Origin: Takakia lepidozioides
Taxonomy: Eukaryota > Plantae > Bryophyta
Assembly: GCA_030704615.1 (NCBI GenBank)
Contig: CM060731.1
Coordinates: forward strand, 17,980,001 to 18,044,000
DNA: 64,000 bases
Direction: 5' to 3'
The notes beneath the pieces are model-generated. The model was not told the DNA's origin and did no database searches. It saw only the letters and a list, made by a program, of their open reading frames with translations. Within the stretch, counting starts at the first letter, position 1; each line of letters begins with the position of its first letter. Shown one piece after another: positions 60,612 through 64,000 of the stretch. Both the position numbers and the translations under genes were made by a program.

Positions 60612-63600
60612 TCAATTCCTTCGACGGCGGGACGAAGATGATCCTAATCTTAATGCCCCGATGGGTTGAAAATCCGGGTCACCCTCGACTTCACCACCGT
60701 TGCCATGATCAGTGCTGAAATCGTCCTCCCTATCCGACCTTATATGTCCATGCCTTTGAATCTGCAAGCGACCTTGAACCACATTTAGTTCTTTCTGAGG
60801 TCGACTCCCGCTCCGGTCTTGAATACCATCCACGATATCTGACCTGTTTGTGGGCCGATCGCCTACAAAAGGTTGGACTGTTCTCTGTCGTTTATGGACT
60901 TGGGATGCAATCGAAGGTGGTCTCGAAGGAGGTATCGGAGGGGGGACTGTCCGGCATTAGATGGTCCGGCATGTAAGGAACCACGGGTCTGCTGCGCAAC
61001 ACGTCGGTTAAGGTGGAATTGTAGTGGCAGGTTGTCATCATCCGAGGCTTCAACTTCCGCTCGGTCCAATGCAGCAAAATGATGCATGCGTGTGGAAAAC
61101 AGATCAACCCTGTTGCTCCTTAATGCCCACTGTGTTGATAGGAAGCTGGATCGGTTTTGGCATTGTGGTGGAGCTGGTCGTATCGGTGAGGCATGATCCC
61201 GTCCCGTCGACTGTACAATGGGTTCGACACCATCATTTGTATGAACAGGGTTGCGTACGTCGATCGATCCTGGCAGTACATCACCCCTAAGCTCCATTGA
61301 GGCACTACCGGTGGCTTCAGCGTGTAGTAGGGGGCGAGGGTCGATCCCAACTTCATTTTGAGAACCATGTTCTGGGGATGACACAATTGCAGCTTCACCT
61401 TCATCTGTGATACGCATTTCTTCAAAAAAGTCATCAAAGGTCGGCTGGATATAAGCATCCTCCTCTGTGAATGTAAACGGTCATACGCATTTTCGGGAGC
61501 ATCATTGGATCCATCTTCACTATCAGAGATGATTATCTCTGAGGCTCAGTATCGTCACTCATCGAATCAGCCTCAGAAGCAGAGTTTTCGGAATGCAAAT
61601 TCCTCTCATACCATACTGCAGCATCATCCGCTGTCCTCTCACGTAGCAGTCGGCAATTGATATACACATACACCAATTTGTCAGCCCTCGCAGGATTCAA
61701 CCTGTTGCGAATCTTATTGTGAACAAATGAGTAACTGCTCCAATTGCGTTCGCAAGATGAGGCAGAGCACACTTGAGCAAGAATACGTTTCGCAATGGGA
61801 GCCAATGTTCTTGCTCCAGCTCCAATCAGATCCCACCATTCATGTGGCAGCATATTGAGCTCTTTTGGATCCGGCATGTCCTCAAAAGAGTCGCGGCGAT
61901 CTGAGAAGCATTGGTACTCGGATATAGCTCTCTCTGCATGGTTCGGCGGAGCCAGTCGCATGAGCACTCACACGAGGCCAGTTTTGGCATCAGCGTCGTC
62001 TCGGAGCATGGTATTGTTGAACAAGAATGGATTGAGCAAAGCCCCCGCATAATGCAAGTCCGTTCGAACCATCGAACGACGGTCGTAAAATGCATCCTCA
62101 GCACTGTCCGCAAGTTCAGGTTCCAAGGAGAATGGAGGATGCCTCAAGGATTGGACGTGTTTATCAAGATTTTGCAATAGAAACCATGTCTTGCCCATTA
62201 CTGGTTGCTTTCCATCAAACTCCCGCAAGACGATTAACACCGGCTCAACCATATAAACAAAATTTTCACATTTCTTCCAGAAATCATCGCTGCGAATGTT
62301 ATTTCGAACTTTTCGACTTTTGCCCAATGATTTGGCTTTTCTGGAGTCCCGCAATGTCCATGTGTACGCATCTCATTGAGGATCGATGATGGTGTGCTCC
62401 AGACTGCTCTTCACCGTCACCAACCGATCCACCATCAAGAAGTTAGTGGCAAAACGAGTTTCGCCTGGATTGTGGAGGCTGTATTTGGGTTCGTGCCTCC
62501 TATATAGTGTCAAATGGATGTGGTATGTGCGGATGAACGACACAACAGTCTTTGCTCGCTTGACAAGTTGTTTCACCCACTGTTCTTTTCCCCAATCTTC
62601 CAAAAATAGGTCAAGGATATGAGCAGCACAACCTTGATAGTACATATGGGGATAACGTGCCAACAACATGTCTGCAGTGTTTTTCATGTTAGCGGCATTG
62701 TCTGTGCATATTTGCACAATTCTATCACTTCCGACCTGTTCGATGAAGTCCGTCAATAGTTGGCATTGATAACGTCCATCTTTCTTCTCACCGCTAGTGT
62801 CGACCGATCCCAAGAATTGTTCCCCAGCTGGACATACGAGCATGACATTGAACAACGGTCTGTTTGTGACAGAACTCCAACCATCGGCACATATAGTGCT
62901 TACATATTTTCTGATGCACTCGCCCGTCCTATCGTTGACCTTTTGGGTAAGCTCAGTCATGGCGTCTTCCAGCAATCTTGTGCGGAGATTGTGATAAGTC
63001 GGAGGCACGTACGTGGATCTGGACTCCGAGGTTTCTCGAACAGCAGAAACAAATGCCAGAAGCCTTGCCACATTAAATGGTATGTTGGCCTCGAAGAAAA
63101 ACTGCACCCATTTTTTATCCAACTGTCTTTTCGCAGACAAGTTAAGACCTTCTTGCATGGATTGTTGTCGTAATTCTCTACTCCGTTGAAGTGTAGGGGT
63201 ACAAAGAGGTGTTGAAGCAGGTGTTGCTCCGGCACAACCCACTTGTCCAAGGACACCCGAAGCCTCACAAGAGTCGCTCTGGGTACTAATCGGGGCATCC
63301 TGACGGGAAGATGAAGTGTTCTGCTCAGAGGTCATGTCCGGATCCAAAGACATTGGAATATTGCCTCCACACTGGGCAAAGTGGTTTTTTACCCGCATAG
63401 CTGCTTTGGGGCATAAACCAACCCCAGCGCTCTTCACACCTTTATAGCCGAGGTGAGCGAGCAACCGATCCTTACGATAATAAAGCTTTAATCCACATAG
63501 GTTACACTCAACACTACCAGTGGCACTGACAATGTTCGGGATTGCCGTATACCAAGGGCTCCATTCCTCCCTCATCTTCACCCAATATCCACTCCCCTGG

Positions 63601-63626
63601 GACCTAGCGATGCAAGCAACAGTCAC
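60612..63626 (-). mobile_element. hAT transposase (BED finger, DUF659, hAT dimerization domain), pseudogenised
   Basis: CNLC..H..C BED finger, ICADGWS (D), CTDNAANM (D), GCAAHILDL, ETRFAT, WW..G..P..RILAQVCSASSCERNWS (E), K.RNRL. ORFs 62373-63626, 61968-62354 and 61533-61967 are one frame broken by two TGA codons; a frameshifted acidic tail runs to about 60612. Acceptor TTTATAG at 63627 and TATATAA at about 63887-63893. Confidence 0.92.
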
Positions 63627-64000
63627 CTATAAATGAACGTGTTGTGAATGTAGAGTGCAATGCGATAGCCCAACATTTCTACATCTGTCAGCAACCCAAG
63701 TGGATCGATGTGGGTTGTAGTGTTGAGCTTATACACAATCTGCTGAAGTGGCTTTGGTGGAAGCCACAACGGCAAAAGGTGCGCACCCTCCTCTTGGGCT
63801 ACATTCTCGTTCAATGGAAGAGAACATCCAAAGCAACCTCAAGTGTTTGCGCCAAAAGAAGTGAGGAGTTTGGTGACCCTCCTCCCTTATATATGATCCA
63901 AGAGGGATGAAAGTGAAATGAAAGTGAAATGAATAAATGACGAACCAATAGCGCCCACCCAAAAAGGCTGTACAACCATATTTGTTGTAATTTTGAAATT

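Overview
Intron-rich nuclear DNA from a land plant, most likely a non-seed plant such as a moss or other bryophyte (inferred from the gene set, the SIG5 gene and a Tcn1-type chromovirus). Three intact host genes can be reconstructed exon by exon with consistent GT-AG phases: an O-fucosyltransferase-family gene (-, 721-7260), a ubiquilin/DSK2 gene (+, 24141-29116) and plastid sigma factor SIG5 (+, 47444-50760). SIG5 carries a tandem duplication that places a stop-containing copy of exon 4 upstream of the real one. The rest is mostly nested transposon debris: a probable KDZ/Zisupton-type relic, two L1-type LINEs, a Helitron, a Ty3/Gypsy chromovirus, a MULE with a TSD, and a DUF659 hAT. Two arrangements stand out. 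(1) A convergent PIF/Harbinger gene pair: a trihelix/Myb-SANT gene and an ALP1-like nuclease that keeps a full DDE triad. No TIRs were found. The pair is bracketed by two direct copies of the ubiquilin promoter/5' region, so each gene may have captured one side of a host bidirectional promoter. (2) A hAT-linked module: about 40 GC-rich palindromes phased at about 52.5 bp (five helical turns), a triplicated minus-strand core promoter, and an orphan ORF. Family assignments come from motif recognition by eye; no searches were run.
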